This document shows positions 48,072 through 56,041 of a DNA stretch of 64,000 nucleotides, one piece after another. Position 1 is the first letter of the stretch. Each line of letters begins with the position of its first letter. The DNA comes from an uncultured Lachnospiraceae bacterium. Lineage in GTDB: Bacteria > Bacillota > Clostridia > Lachnospirales > Lachnospiraceae. The translations under genes were made by a program, and so were the position numbers. The stretch covers positions 7,399 through 71,398 of the forward strand of contig CADATP010000002.1 of the NCBI GenBank assembly GCA_902790935.1, in the 5' to 3' direction. The notes under the pieces were generated by a model. The model ran no database searches. It saw only the letters and a list, made by a program, of their open reading frames with translations, and was not told where the DNA came from.

Positions 48072-48929
48072 TTACTTTGAACTGTTGTAAATTCTGATCT
48101 CAACTCGTCTGTTCTTGGCTCTGCCTTCTTCGGTGGAGTTATCTGCTATCGGAACTCTCTCTCCCATTCCGGCGTGCTTAAGCTTTGTGGGATCAAGGGT
48201 ACTGTTGTTTATCAGATAATAAAATACCGAAAGGGCACGGGCGCTGGACAGTTCTTCGTTGTCCGCATACTTGGCGCTCTTAATGGGGACGTTGTCTGTG
48301 TGGCCGTTAATCTCCACCTCGCCGCCTGCATATCTTTCAAGGATGACAGCAACCTTATCAAGAACCTGTTCGGACTCTTTTTTGAGTCCGGCGGAACCGG
48401 AATCGAAAAGGAGGGATCCCTTCATAGTAAGCAGAACGTATTGTGCGGTAAATGAAACATCTATCTGGTCGGACATATTGTTGTCCGCCACAGCTTCGGA
48501 AACAAGTTCGGCGAGCTGTTCGTTCTCGGCGAGATTCATCTCTTCCATCTTCTCGCTCATTTCCTGCAAACTCTCAGGATTTGTAGCGTCGCTGGGAACA
48601 GCCGAATCAGTGGCCTCATATTCCTGAATATTGTCTGACTGAGTCTCCGCGTCTTCTGCAGCACCCATACTGTTAATATACTCGGCAAGGTCGTTAAGCT
48701 GGCTGACTCCGTTGCTTATGAGAATACCTTCACCGATGGATGTGGCTCCGGCGGTAAAGATGCTGAAGGAGCTGCTCATCGATGCGATAAGTTCGTTCAA
48801 CTTTGCCTCATCAATGGTGGACATTGAGAACAAAAGCACGAAGAAACAGAGCAGCAGGTTCATAAGGTCGGAGAAAGTCGCCATCCATGCCGGCGACCCG
48901 GCTGGTGGATCTTCCTGCTTTTTACCCAT
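48072..48929 (-). CDS. motB: Flagellar stator B subunit
   Basis: WMATFSDLMNLLLCFFVLL and OmpA-like GHTD...LSSARA...NRRVEI. Confidence 0.95.
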   Translation of the reverse strand: MGKKQEDPPAGSPAWMATFSDLMNLLLCFFVLLFSMSTIDEAKLNELIASMSSSFSIFTAGATSIGEGILISNGVSQLNDLAEYINSMGAAEDAETQSDNIQEYEATDSAVPSDATNPESLQEMSEKMEEMNLAENEQLAELVSEAVADNNMSDQIDVSFTAQYVLLTMKGSLLFDSGSAGLKKESEQVLDKVAVILERYAGGEVEINGHTDNVPIKSAKYADNEELSSARALSVFYYLINNSTLDPTKLKHAGMGERVPIADNSTEEGRAKNRRVEIRIYNSSK

Positions 48930-48931
48930 GC

Positions 48932-49720
48932 TTACTCACCTCCCTCATCAGAGGAAGCAGTTTCACGATCCTTGGGAGCAAGGAAGGCCTTAAGCTTTTC
49001 CTCGATTACTCGGGGGTTCTCTCCTGCCTGGATTGACAAAAGCCCCTCGACCATAACCTCTTTTTGAATCATTTCTATTGCGTTGTCCGTTTTCAGCTTA
49101 TTTGCCGTAGGACCGCAGATCCAGTTTGCAAGAAGCGAACCGTACAGAGTCGTAATAAGTGCAACTGCCATGGAAGGTCCGATGGAAGATGCGTCGGACA
49201 TGTTATTAAGCATGTTAACAAGTCCTACCAGGGTACCGATCATACCCCACGCAGGGCCCATGGCTCCAAGTGTATCCCAGAAGCCCACACAGGTTTTGTG
49301 TCTGGCTTCGGAGTTGTCCATCTCGGCCTGCATAATATCGCGCACAAGGTCGGGGTCGGTACCGTCTACTACAAGAAGGATGCCCTTCTTCAAAAACGGC
49401 TCGTCCATATCGGCAGCCGCCTCTTCGAGAGCGAGAAGTCCGTCCTTACGTGCAACGTTAGATAATTCAATTATTTTTTTGATGATATCGGTTGTGTTAG
49501 CGCTGGGTGCCTTGAAGATCAACGTAAGGCTCTTGAGTCCCGAGATAAAGTCAGGCATTGTGCAAGAGCAAAGCGTAGCTGCTATCGCTCCTCCGAAGGT
49601 GATAACTGCCGAAGGTGCGTCAAGGTAGCTTGGGAATCCGGTGATTCCGGCCGCTGATATAATACCGAATATCAGCATACCCAGACACAGAAAGAATCCG
49701 ATTAAGGAAGCTATGTCCAC
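48932..49720 (-). CDS. motA: Flagellar stator A subunit
   Basis: ARKDGLLALE, PAWGMIGTLVGL, ALITTLYG and IQAGENP motifs; GTG start. Confidence 0.95.
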   Translation of the reverse strand: MDIASLIGFFLCLGMLIFGIISAAGITGFPSYLDAPSAVITFGGAIAATLCSCTMPDFISGLKSLTLIFKAPSANTTDIIKKIIELSNVARKDGLLALEEAAADMDEPFLKKGILLVVDGTDPDLVRDIMQAEMDNSEARHKTCVGFWDTLGAMGPAWGMIGTLVGLVNMLNNMSDASSIGPSMAVALITTLYGSLLANWICGPTANKLKTDNAIEMIQKEVMVEGLLSIQAGENPRVIEEKLKAFLAPKDRETASSDEGGE

Positions 49721-49800
49721 TTAGATAAACCTCTTTTTCACGCAAAAATCAACATTATCTCCCCTCTTTTTTGACTCAAAAAAGGAAGAAAATGTTCACT

Positions 49801-49983
49801 CTATGCAAGAATATCCTTTCTGTACGATTTTACTAAATTTTTGATGTCTTGTCTACTTTCTTTTACAATTATTTTTCTTCCGGTAGTAAGTGTCAGAACA
49901 GTATCCGGCGTTTCCTCGCAAAGTTCGATCAAATCAGGGTTTACAAGGAGTTTGGTACCGTTGATCCTGGTAACCTCAATCAT
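49801..49983 (-). CDS. flbD: FlbD/SwrD family flagellar protein
   Basis: MIEVTRING..L.VNPDLIE..EETPDTVLTL.TG.KIIVKES. Confidence 0.92.
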   Translation of the reverse strand: MIEVTRINGTKLLVNPDLIELCEETPDTVLTLTTGRKIIVKESRQDIKNLVKSYRKDILA

Positions 49984-50076
49984 AAAAAAGTACCCCTTTC
50001 TCTTCTCACCATTGTATCATAATTGTATATAAATGCTTAAATAATTTATAAAATTTTTTATATTTTTAATAAGCCG

Positions 50077-50104
50077 AAAAGGAACGGGTTTTTGCCCGTT
50101 CCTT
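50077..50104 (-). terminator. Intrinsic terminator after flgE
   Basis: AAGGAACGGG/CCCGTTCCTT stem; T-run on the minus strand. Confidence 0.8.
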
Positions 50105-50154
50105 GACTATTTGTTTTTTTCTTTGGGAATTAATCTATTCCCCCTTAAAGCTTA

Positions 50155-51789
50155 TTATCTCTTAAGGTTAGTAAGTTCCTCGAGAAGTGTATCGGATACT
50201 GTGATGATTCGGCTGTTTGCCTGGAATCCACGCTGGGTTGTGATCATAGTCGTAAACTCGTTTGAAAGGTCTACGTTACTCATCTCAAGTACGCCCGTTG
50301 TCATGTATCCGCCGGTTGTTGTAATATCAACTCCGATTCCGTCGAACTCTCCGGAGTTCATGGTTGCGGAATAGAGGTTGTCTCCTTCCTTGGAAAGACC
50401 TGAGCTGTTTGCGAAGGATGCGGTAGCGATCTGTCCGAGAAGCTTTGTCATTCCGTTGTCATAGCTTGCATGGATGAGGCCGTCCTTTGCGATTGAAACA
50501 CCGATCATATCTCCTAACATACGTCCGGATCCGATTCCCTTATCGTCACCACTGGTTGCCGCTACGGTTGAAGTTCCATTGTTGTTAAACATTGACATGT
50601 CAGAGAAGTCAATGGTTACATCCTCAAAGTTTCCGCCGAGCTGCTTTAATCCAAGGACTGCGGTTGTAGCGTTTGTGCCGTTGAGTCCGGTAAATGCACC
50701 GGTGTTTGTATTGAAATTAACGTTGATACCGTCGATCTTTCTACCGTCTATCTCGATAACATCAGGAAGTGCTGCGGTAAGCATATCCTCTATAGTGCTG
50801 TCAAGGGTTCCGTCACTGTCGGTATCCTGTGCAAGCTTTAAGAATCCTTCCGTATCTCCGCCGTATCCGTATGCCTTTGCGATAGCATCAAGTCCTTTGA
50901 GCGCTTCTTCGGTATAATTTCCGTCTGCATCTTTTTCAAGCGGTAAAGTCGCTACCACGGCGTTTTCCGCATCCTTTAAGGTGTTTCCGTCCCAGGTGTA
51001 GGCGGGATCTCTTGTAAGAGTAGTCTTGTCAAGGGTCTGGTTTGCTCCGAAAGCTTCCATCTTGGAAATGTCGATCGTGTTTCCGTTTGAATCAAGAAGC
51101 TTTGTAAGCTCAACAGAGAAGCTTCCTGCGGTATCAGAATCCTTGATGGTAAGTCTTGCGGTGTAGCTGTATCCGAGGGCATCGTAGAAGTTAAGGTTGA
51201 TATTCTTACCTGCATCAGATGTAACATCCGTGTCGTTCTGATCCAGGATTCCCGCAACCTTAGCTTTGCTTGTTGCCTCGGGGGGATAGGTCATATTTGC
51301 ATCGCTCATAATACGGAGAGCCTGAACCGTATCCTGCTTGATCTCGTTTGTGGTCTCGTCTACAAGCCAGCCCATTACATTGTAACCGGTGGATGTCATA
51401 GCGAGGTTTCCTCCGCCGTCAACGTAGAATGAACCGTCGCGGGTAAAGAAGTTTGACAGTCCGTTGCTGACAACGAAGAAGTTGTTACCTGTGATCATTA
51501 TATCAAAGGGATTTCCTGTTGACTGAGCTGAGCCCTGGCCTTCGATGTTCATTGTGATGGCTCCGGTCTTAACACCGAGACCGATCTGGCGGGCGTTGGT
51601 ACCACCGGTTCCGGTAGTAGCGTTGGGTCCGCTGGCCTGCTGGGTTGTCTGGCTCATAAGGTCAGAAAAGTTGATTGTACTGGATTTGAAAGCGGTGGTG
51701 TTGACGTTGGCAATGTTGTTACCGATAACGTCCATTCTGGTCTGGTGGGTCTTAAGACCTGCCACACCTGAAAAAAGTGATCTCATCAT
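50155..51789 (-). CDS. flgE: Flagellar hook protein FlgE
   Basis: MMRSLFSGVAGL..HQTRMDVIGNNIANVNT, TRDGSF and LEMSNVDLS.EFT.MI.TQRGFQANSR; start 51789 after AGGAGG. Confidence 0.96.
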   Translation of the reverse strand: MMRSLFSGVAGLKTHQTRMDVIGNNIANVNTTAFKSSTINFSDLMSQTTQQASGPNATTGTGGTNARQIGLGVKTGAITMNIEGQGSAQSTGNPFDIMITGNNFFVVSNGLSNFFTRDGSFYVDGGGNLAMTSTGYNVMGWLVDETTNEIKQDTVQALRIMSDANMTYPPEATSKAKVAGILDQNDTDVTSDAGKNINLNFYDALGYSYTARLTIKDSDTAGSFSVELTKLLDSNGNTIDISKMEAFGANQTLDKTTLTRDPAYTWDGNTLKDAENAVVATLPLEKDADGNYTEEALKGLDAIAKAYGYGGDTEGFLKLAQDTDSDGTLDSTIEDMLTAALPDVIEIDGRKIDGINVNFNTNTGAFTGLNGTNATTAVLGLKQLGGNFEDVTIDFSDMSMFNNNGTSTVAATSGDDKGIGSGRMLGDMIGVSIAKDGLIHASYDNGMTKLLGQIATASFANSSGLSKEGDNLYSATMNSGEFDGIGVDITTTGGYMTTGVLEMSNVDLSNEFTTMITTQRGFQANSRIITVSDTLLEELTNLKR

Positions 51790-51798
51790 AAGGCAATT

Positions 51799-51880
51799 TC
51801 CTCCTAAGCTTTTTTGCTCGGGAGAAGTTATCACTTAGCTTCCTTCTGTCTCTCGGGAAGCTTTGACCCCCATCCAGGTC
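51799..51880 (-). promoter_or_regulatory. Structured flgE leader: three hairpins, the last pairing with the Shine-Dalgarno
   Basis: GACCU-GGAUGG-GGGUC; AGCUUCC-12 nt-GGAAGCU; UUCUCC-C-GAGC-A6-GCUU-A-GGAGGA. Confidence 0.6.
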
Positions 51881-51887
51881 CGGTCTT

Positions 51888-52289
51888 TTACATGATAACT
51901 GCTCCGTTTATGTGCGTGAATACATTTTCAATTGTTTCTGTGGAATCCATAGCCGTAACAACCGTCTGATTGGGGATGTTAACGATAAATGCCATGTCGT
52001 CCACAAGTACGAGTGAATCCTTGATTCCTTTCTCGGCAGCCTTTCTGGCGCCTTCGTTCAACCTGCTAACCTGTCCCTGAGTCATCTCGATCCCTCTGTC
52101 GCTAAGTCTGAAAGAGGCATGTTTTGAAAACTTGAGGCCGTTTTCCTCGATGCTCTTTTGGGAAAAGATCTGGCCGAAGGAAAGCCCTTCGCTTGTTCTG
52201 GTAGCCTGCGTCTTTTCTTCCTTGGGGGCGTTTCGTACCTGATTTGCAAGTTGATCGATAGAAAGGAAACTGTTTTTCTGTATGTCCAT
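51888..52289 (-). CDS. TIGR02530-like flagellar operon protein
   Basis: LKFSKHA..RL..RGI, KG.KDSLV, AFIVNI.N.TVVTA and VFT.I.GAV motifs; between flgD and flgE; start MDIQ after AAAGGAG. Confidence 0.9.
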   Translation of the reverse strand: MDIQKNSFLSIDQLANQVRNAPKEEKTQATRTSEGLSFGQIFSQKSIEENGLKFSKHASFRLSDRGIEMTQGQVSRLNEGARKAAEKGIKDSLVLVDDMAFIVNIPNQTVVTAMDSTETIENVFTHINGAVIM

Positions 52290-52332
52290 ATCAGTCATCT
52301 CCTTTCTAAATATGTGTTCCGTCACATATTCT

Positions 52333-52360
52333 ATATCGTCTCCGGAGGCTTTTTTCTTTA
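52333..52360 (-). promoter_or_regulatory. Candidate sigma-28 promoter for the TIGR02530-like gene and flgE
   Basis: Minus strand TAAA-N16-GACGATAT. Confidence 0.55.
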
Positions 52361-52395
52361 CCCCCGGAGACAAGATTTTTTAGTAAATCAAACAA

Positions 52396-53055
52396 TTAAC
52401 CGTTGGCTACAAGAGCGGCAGCCCGAAGCTCGGCAAGCTTATCAACATACTTCTGGAACCTTGCCTGCGTATCCTTGGCTACAAAGCTCTTTTCGTAATC
52501 GTTCATGCCGTTTAAGGTCTCGGCAAGAGAGTCGATGGTCTTTCCTTCGCCCGAAATAGTAATATTGTCAACAGCGGGAAGTTTGTTCAAGGTAACGGTA
52601 AAATCCGTAGCCTTTGAATATGCATCCTTGTAATCCTTGTCAACAACGGTATCGAGGTCCGCAAGAGAGTAGAGATTCTCATTGATGGAAAGATAGGGTT
52701 TTCCGTTTTCGTATACAACGTAATCAACCTTTCCTTCGACGTAGTTGGTCTCTCCGTTTGCAGAGGTCGTCCTCATATATACCTGCTGTCCCACAAGGCC
52801 GCTGGCTCTTGAAAGATCCATGCTCGAAGCCATGCTTGAAATAGCCTCAACCTGTGAGAACTGTGCATACTGAGCGATATACTCCGTATTTGATGTGGGC
52901 TCCATAGGATCCTGATACTTCATCTGAGCTACGAGAAGCTGGAGGAAAGTATCCTTGTTCATATCATTTGATTTAGTCTGGTTGCTCTTGGAAAGAGAGT
53001 CCTGAGACGCAGTCTCAACCACCTGTCCATCCTTTATAGCTGCCATTAATGCCAT
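52396..53055 (-). CDS. flgD: Hook capping protein FlgD
   Basis: KDTFLQLLVAQMKYQDPMEP...EYIAQYAQFSQVE. Confidence 0.95.
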   Translation of the reverse strand: MALMAAIKDGQVVETASQDSLSKSNQTKSNDMNKDTFLQLLVAQMKYQDPMEPTSNTEYIAQYAQFSQVEAISSMASSMDLSRASGLVGQQVYMRTTSANGETNYVEGKVDYVVYENGKPYLSINENLYSLADLDTVVDKDYKDAYSKATDFTVTLNKLPAVDNITISGEGKTIDSLAETLNGMNDYEKSFVAKDTQARFQKYVDKLAELRAAALVANG

Positions 53056-53070
53056 AGAGGTACTCCTTTC

Positions 53071-54564
53071 TTATGCACGGGCATCCATCGTCTGTCCGTT
53101 TGCAGCCATCATCTCGGCCGCTATGCGCTCGTCGTCTTCAAGTCCCTCGAGGTCCTCATCCTCAAAGTCAGAAGAAAAGCTTATCTTTCTGACCTTGTTT
53201 TTATCCTTGCTCTCGCTCTCTTTATTCTCTCCGCTTCCTTCGGAAAGGTTTTGATCGCTTAGCTGAGCTCCGACGGATACTTCAATGGAATTAACCTTGA
53301 TACCCTGTTCTTCGAATCTCTCCTGAAGCTGTATCATCTGGTTTTCTAAGACTGCTCTTACCTGTTCATCGGCTGCGATGAAGTTTGCGGTAACGGCTCC
53401 GTCCTTATGTACCAGATTTATCTGGATATTTCCGAGGGATGCGGGATGGAGCTGCATTTCGAGGCTCTGCATATCGGGCTTAACCTGTGAACGCATATAA
53501 TCCATTATCTGGTTCGCAATCTCCTGAGGAGATACGGCTTCCCTTATCTGCCCTGCAAAGTCTGCTTCAAGGGGCGCAGAAGCTTCTGTAACAAGCTGCT
53601 GTGCGAAGTTAATCCCTGAATTCATCTCACCGCCCCTGTTTCCTTCGTTTCCTCTTCCCTCAAAATGCTGAGAAGAGTTTTTAAGAAGGGCTCTCGCTCC
53701 CAAGGTACTTCCGGATGCTGTAGTTACCTGATCCAAATCAGCGGCGATCTCCTTATCACCCTGCTGCTTAACAGGCTTTATCTCTTCCTTTACCTCTTCG
53801 GGCTTAAAGACTTCTTTGGGGATGATCTCATTTACGGGGATCGCATCATCTGCGATTTCAAACTCTCCGGTCGCGATATCTCTGAGCTCGGAAATGTTTA
53901 TGCCCTCAAAGGGACTTTCTTTTGAAAGTACCTCTTCAAGCGCCTGATTGATATTCTGAAATTGCTCAAATTGGGTTTCGTTTGTAAGAAGTGAGAGGGA
54001 ATCCTCTTCACCCATCGCACGAAGAGCAAAAGCAGAAAGCGTCTCGGGATTAAGAAGCTCCGTATTTTCAATACTCATATCGTCCATGATATTTTGAGCT
54101 TCCTCGGGAGTGATATCCAAGATCTCGATAATTTGGTTAAGGAGCGTTGCTGCCGCTTCCTCTAAAACTCCCGTAACAACAGCTTCATCATCGGCTGTTA
54201 CTTTAGGGCTCTTTTCGGATAATCCCTGTCCCTTAACGGGTTTGCCGATGGTTTTATCGGCGTTTTCATTTTCGGTGTCCTGCTTATTATCGGCGGCTGT
54301 TGTCTTTCCGGCATCAGCCTTGTCCTCTCCGGCAATTCGGTCCGAGGTATCTTCACCTTTGTACGCAGGATTTTTGTCCATCGCTGTGGAACTAACCTTT
54401 GGAGCTTCAGCTTCCATATCTGCCTGTCCCGCAGTCAGAAAGCTCTTGAATCCAAGCGATGCGCTTTTAGCGTCTGTGGAAATCTTACCCATCATCATGT
54501 TCTGAGCCCCGATGCTCAAACCACCAAGCAGATTTCCCACATCTTTAACGGATGTGCTGCCCAT
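53071..54564 (-). CDS. fliK: Hook-length control protein FliK
   Basis: Long disordered N-terminus; C-terminal MQLHPASLGNIQI...A.F.A...VR.VLE.Q...L...F.EQGI.V. Confidence 0.9.
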   Translation of the reverse strand: MGSTSVKDVGNLLGGLSIGAQNMMMGKISTDAKSASLGFKSFLTAGQADMEAEAPKVSSTAMDKNPAYKGEDTSDRIAGEDKADAGKTTAADNKQDTENENADKTIGKPVKGQGLSEKSPKVTADDEAVVTGVLEEAAATLLNQIIEILDITPEEAQNIMDDMSIENTELLNPETLSAFALRAMGEEDSLSLLTNETQFEQFQNINQALEEVLSKESPFEGINISELRDIATGEFEIADDAIPVNEIIPKEVFKPEEVKEEIKPVKQQGDKEIAADLDQVTTASGSTLGARALLKNSSQHFEGRGNEGNRGGEMNSGINFAQQLVTEASAPLEADFAGQIREAVSPQEIANQIMDYMRSQVKPDMQSLEMQLHPASLGNIQINLVHKDGAVTANFIAADEQVRAVLENQMIQLQERFEEQGIKVNSIEVSVGAQLSDQNLSEGSGENKESESKDKNKVRKISFSSDFEDEDLEGLEDDERIAAEMMAANGQTMDARA

Positions 54565-54609
54565 AGCGTTCTCCTTTCTGTATGAAATTATTTTAGGACT
54601 TCATCTTCT

Positions 54610-54636
54610 TTATCGGAGAATTATATTAAATATTTA
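54610..54636 (-). promoter_or_regulatory. Sigma-28 promoter upstream of fliK
   Basis: Minus strand TAAA-N15-TCCGATAA (one mismatch to consensus) in a ~110-bp intergenic gap. Confidence 0.75.
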
Positions 54637-54675
54637 GGGCAAAGTTAAAATATTCCGTATATTTTTTCATGGACC

Positions 54676-55557
54676 CTAATTGTCAGGGTCCATGATCTTT
54701 GTAAGCTTCGCAGCCACTTCCGCATCCATAACTCCGAGGATCTTTCCTCTGTCCTCGGCGGTCATAGCCTGCAGTATCTTAGCGGCAAGTTTAAGTCCGT
54801 CGGCATCGGTCATCTCCTCGAAGATTCCCGCAGCCTGCTTGGGCTTCATAGACGAGTATGCAAGAGCGTACGCCTGGATCTCGGCGTCTGCCTCAAGCTG
54901 TGCCACAACCTGTTTGTAGAGATATTCCGCAGTTGTGGGGTCCATAGTCTCGTAGTATTTTCTGTATTCTTCCGCACCGGGTCCGTTCTCGGCGTAAATA
55001 ACCTCTTCATAGAACTGGTTTCTTATACGCTGAAACTCCACCTGCATCTTTTCAAATTCCTTGAGCCTTGTAACCTCCGCAGTAAGCTCGGCGATCTGCT
55101 CGTCTTTAGCGGTATTTGAGGTCTGAAGAGAATCAAGCTGCATCTCGAGGACCGCGATCTGGTTTACCGCCTCCTCAAGAGAGGTGTATCCGCCGTAGCT
55201 GTCGGGATCACCCGTGATGCTTTGGGTGCTCTTGGGAAGGATGGTGTTTAAGATAGGAACATCCTTTAAGATCGGGGTCATAACAGAGCTTCCGAATCCG
55301 CCCACATCAAGCTTTATTACAACAACGACCACCGCAAGCCACAAAACGACGATAAAAACAGTGGCAAGAAAAGTAACAAATCCGTTTCCTTCCTTCTCCT
55401 CGTCAAGAGCCTCCTCCTGCTTGGCGATCTCTTTTGCTCTCTTTTTCGCCTCGGCTTTGGATTTGGCCTGGTCTTTTTTAAGTTGTTTCTTTTCGTTTTC
55501 GAGTTTTTTACGCTCTTCCGCTGCCGCCTTTTCTTCCGGCGTCATATTTTTAGCCAT
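54676..55557 (-). CDS. YlxF/MotE-like flagellar protein (MgtE N-terminal-like repeats)
   Basis: Charged N-terminus, TM, coiled coil, YSSMKPKQAAGIFEEM...RGKILGVMDAEVAAKLT; between fliJ and fliK. Confidence 0.8.
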   Translation of the reverse strand: MAKNMTPEEKAAAEERKKLENEKKQLKKDQAKSKAEAKKRAKEIAKQEEALDEEKEGNGFVTFLATVFIVVLWLAVVVVVIKLDVGGFGSSVMTPILKDVPILNTILPKSTQSITGDPDSYGGYTSLEEAVNQIAVLEMQLDSLQTSNTAKDEQIAELTAEVTRLKEFEKMQVEFQRIRNQFYEEVIYAENGPGAEEYRKYYETMDPTTAEYLYKQVVAQLEADAEIQAYALAYSSMKPKQAAGIFEEMTDADGLKLAAKILQAMTAEDRGKILGVMDAEVAAKLTKIMDPDN

Positions 55558-55585
55558 TTTAAGTTCCCTTTATATGCTTTTTAGC

Positions 55586-56041
55586 TTACTTTTCAGACAC
55601 AGCCTTCCGTCCGTGGACGTAGCTCGTAAGCTCGTCTATCGTCTTTCCTTCGGCTCTGTTTTCTTCAAGTCTGAATTCTTCAAAGGCCTTTTCCCGAAGC
55701 TTGTCGTAGGTCTTTCTCTCCATAACGGCTTCCGCCATCTTAACTCTTGCCATCTCTAAGGCATCTTCTGCCTTTTTAACGGCTTTTTCCTGATTCTGTA
55801 TTGCTTCTTTTGTCTGCATTATGGCAAGCTGGTTATCGTCGATATCCCTGAAATTAAGGTTTCCGAGGAGAAGCTTTTTTGCCTCTTCTTCAAGACTCTC
55901 TTTTTTTAGGTTCAGCCCCCGGAGCTTTTCTTCCTCCTCTGAAAGTGCTGCCGATGCGGCGGAAAACTCCTGCTTTGCCAGGGTTTCCATCTGAACTTTG
56001 ATATCCAGCACATTCTGGAGAGAAAACTTAAATCTTGCCAT
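55586..56041 (-). CDS. fliJ: Flagellar export protein FliJ
   Basis: FKFSLQNVLDIK, ERKTYDKLREK and E.K.IDE motifs. Confidence 0.92.
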   Translation of the reverse strand: MARFKFSLQNVLDIKVQMETLAKQEFSAASAALSEEEEKLRGLNLKKESLEEEAKKLLLGNLNFRDIDDNQLAIMQTKEAIQNQEKAVKKAEDALEMARVKMAEAVMERKTYDKLREKAFEEFRLEENRAEGKTIDELTSYVHGRKAVSEK

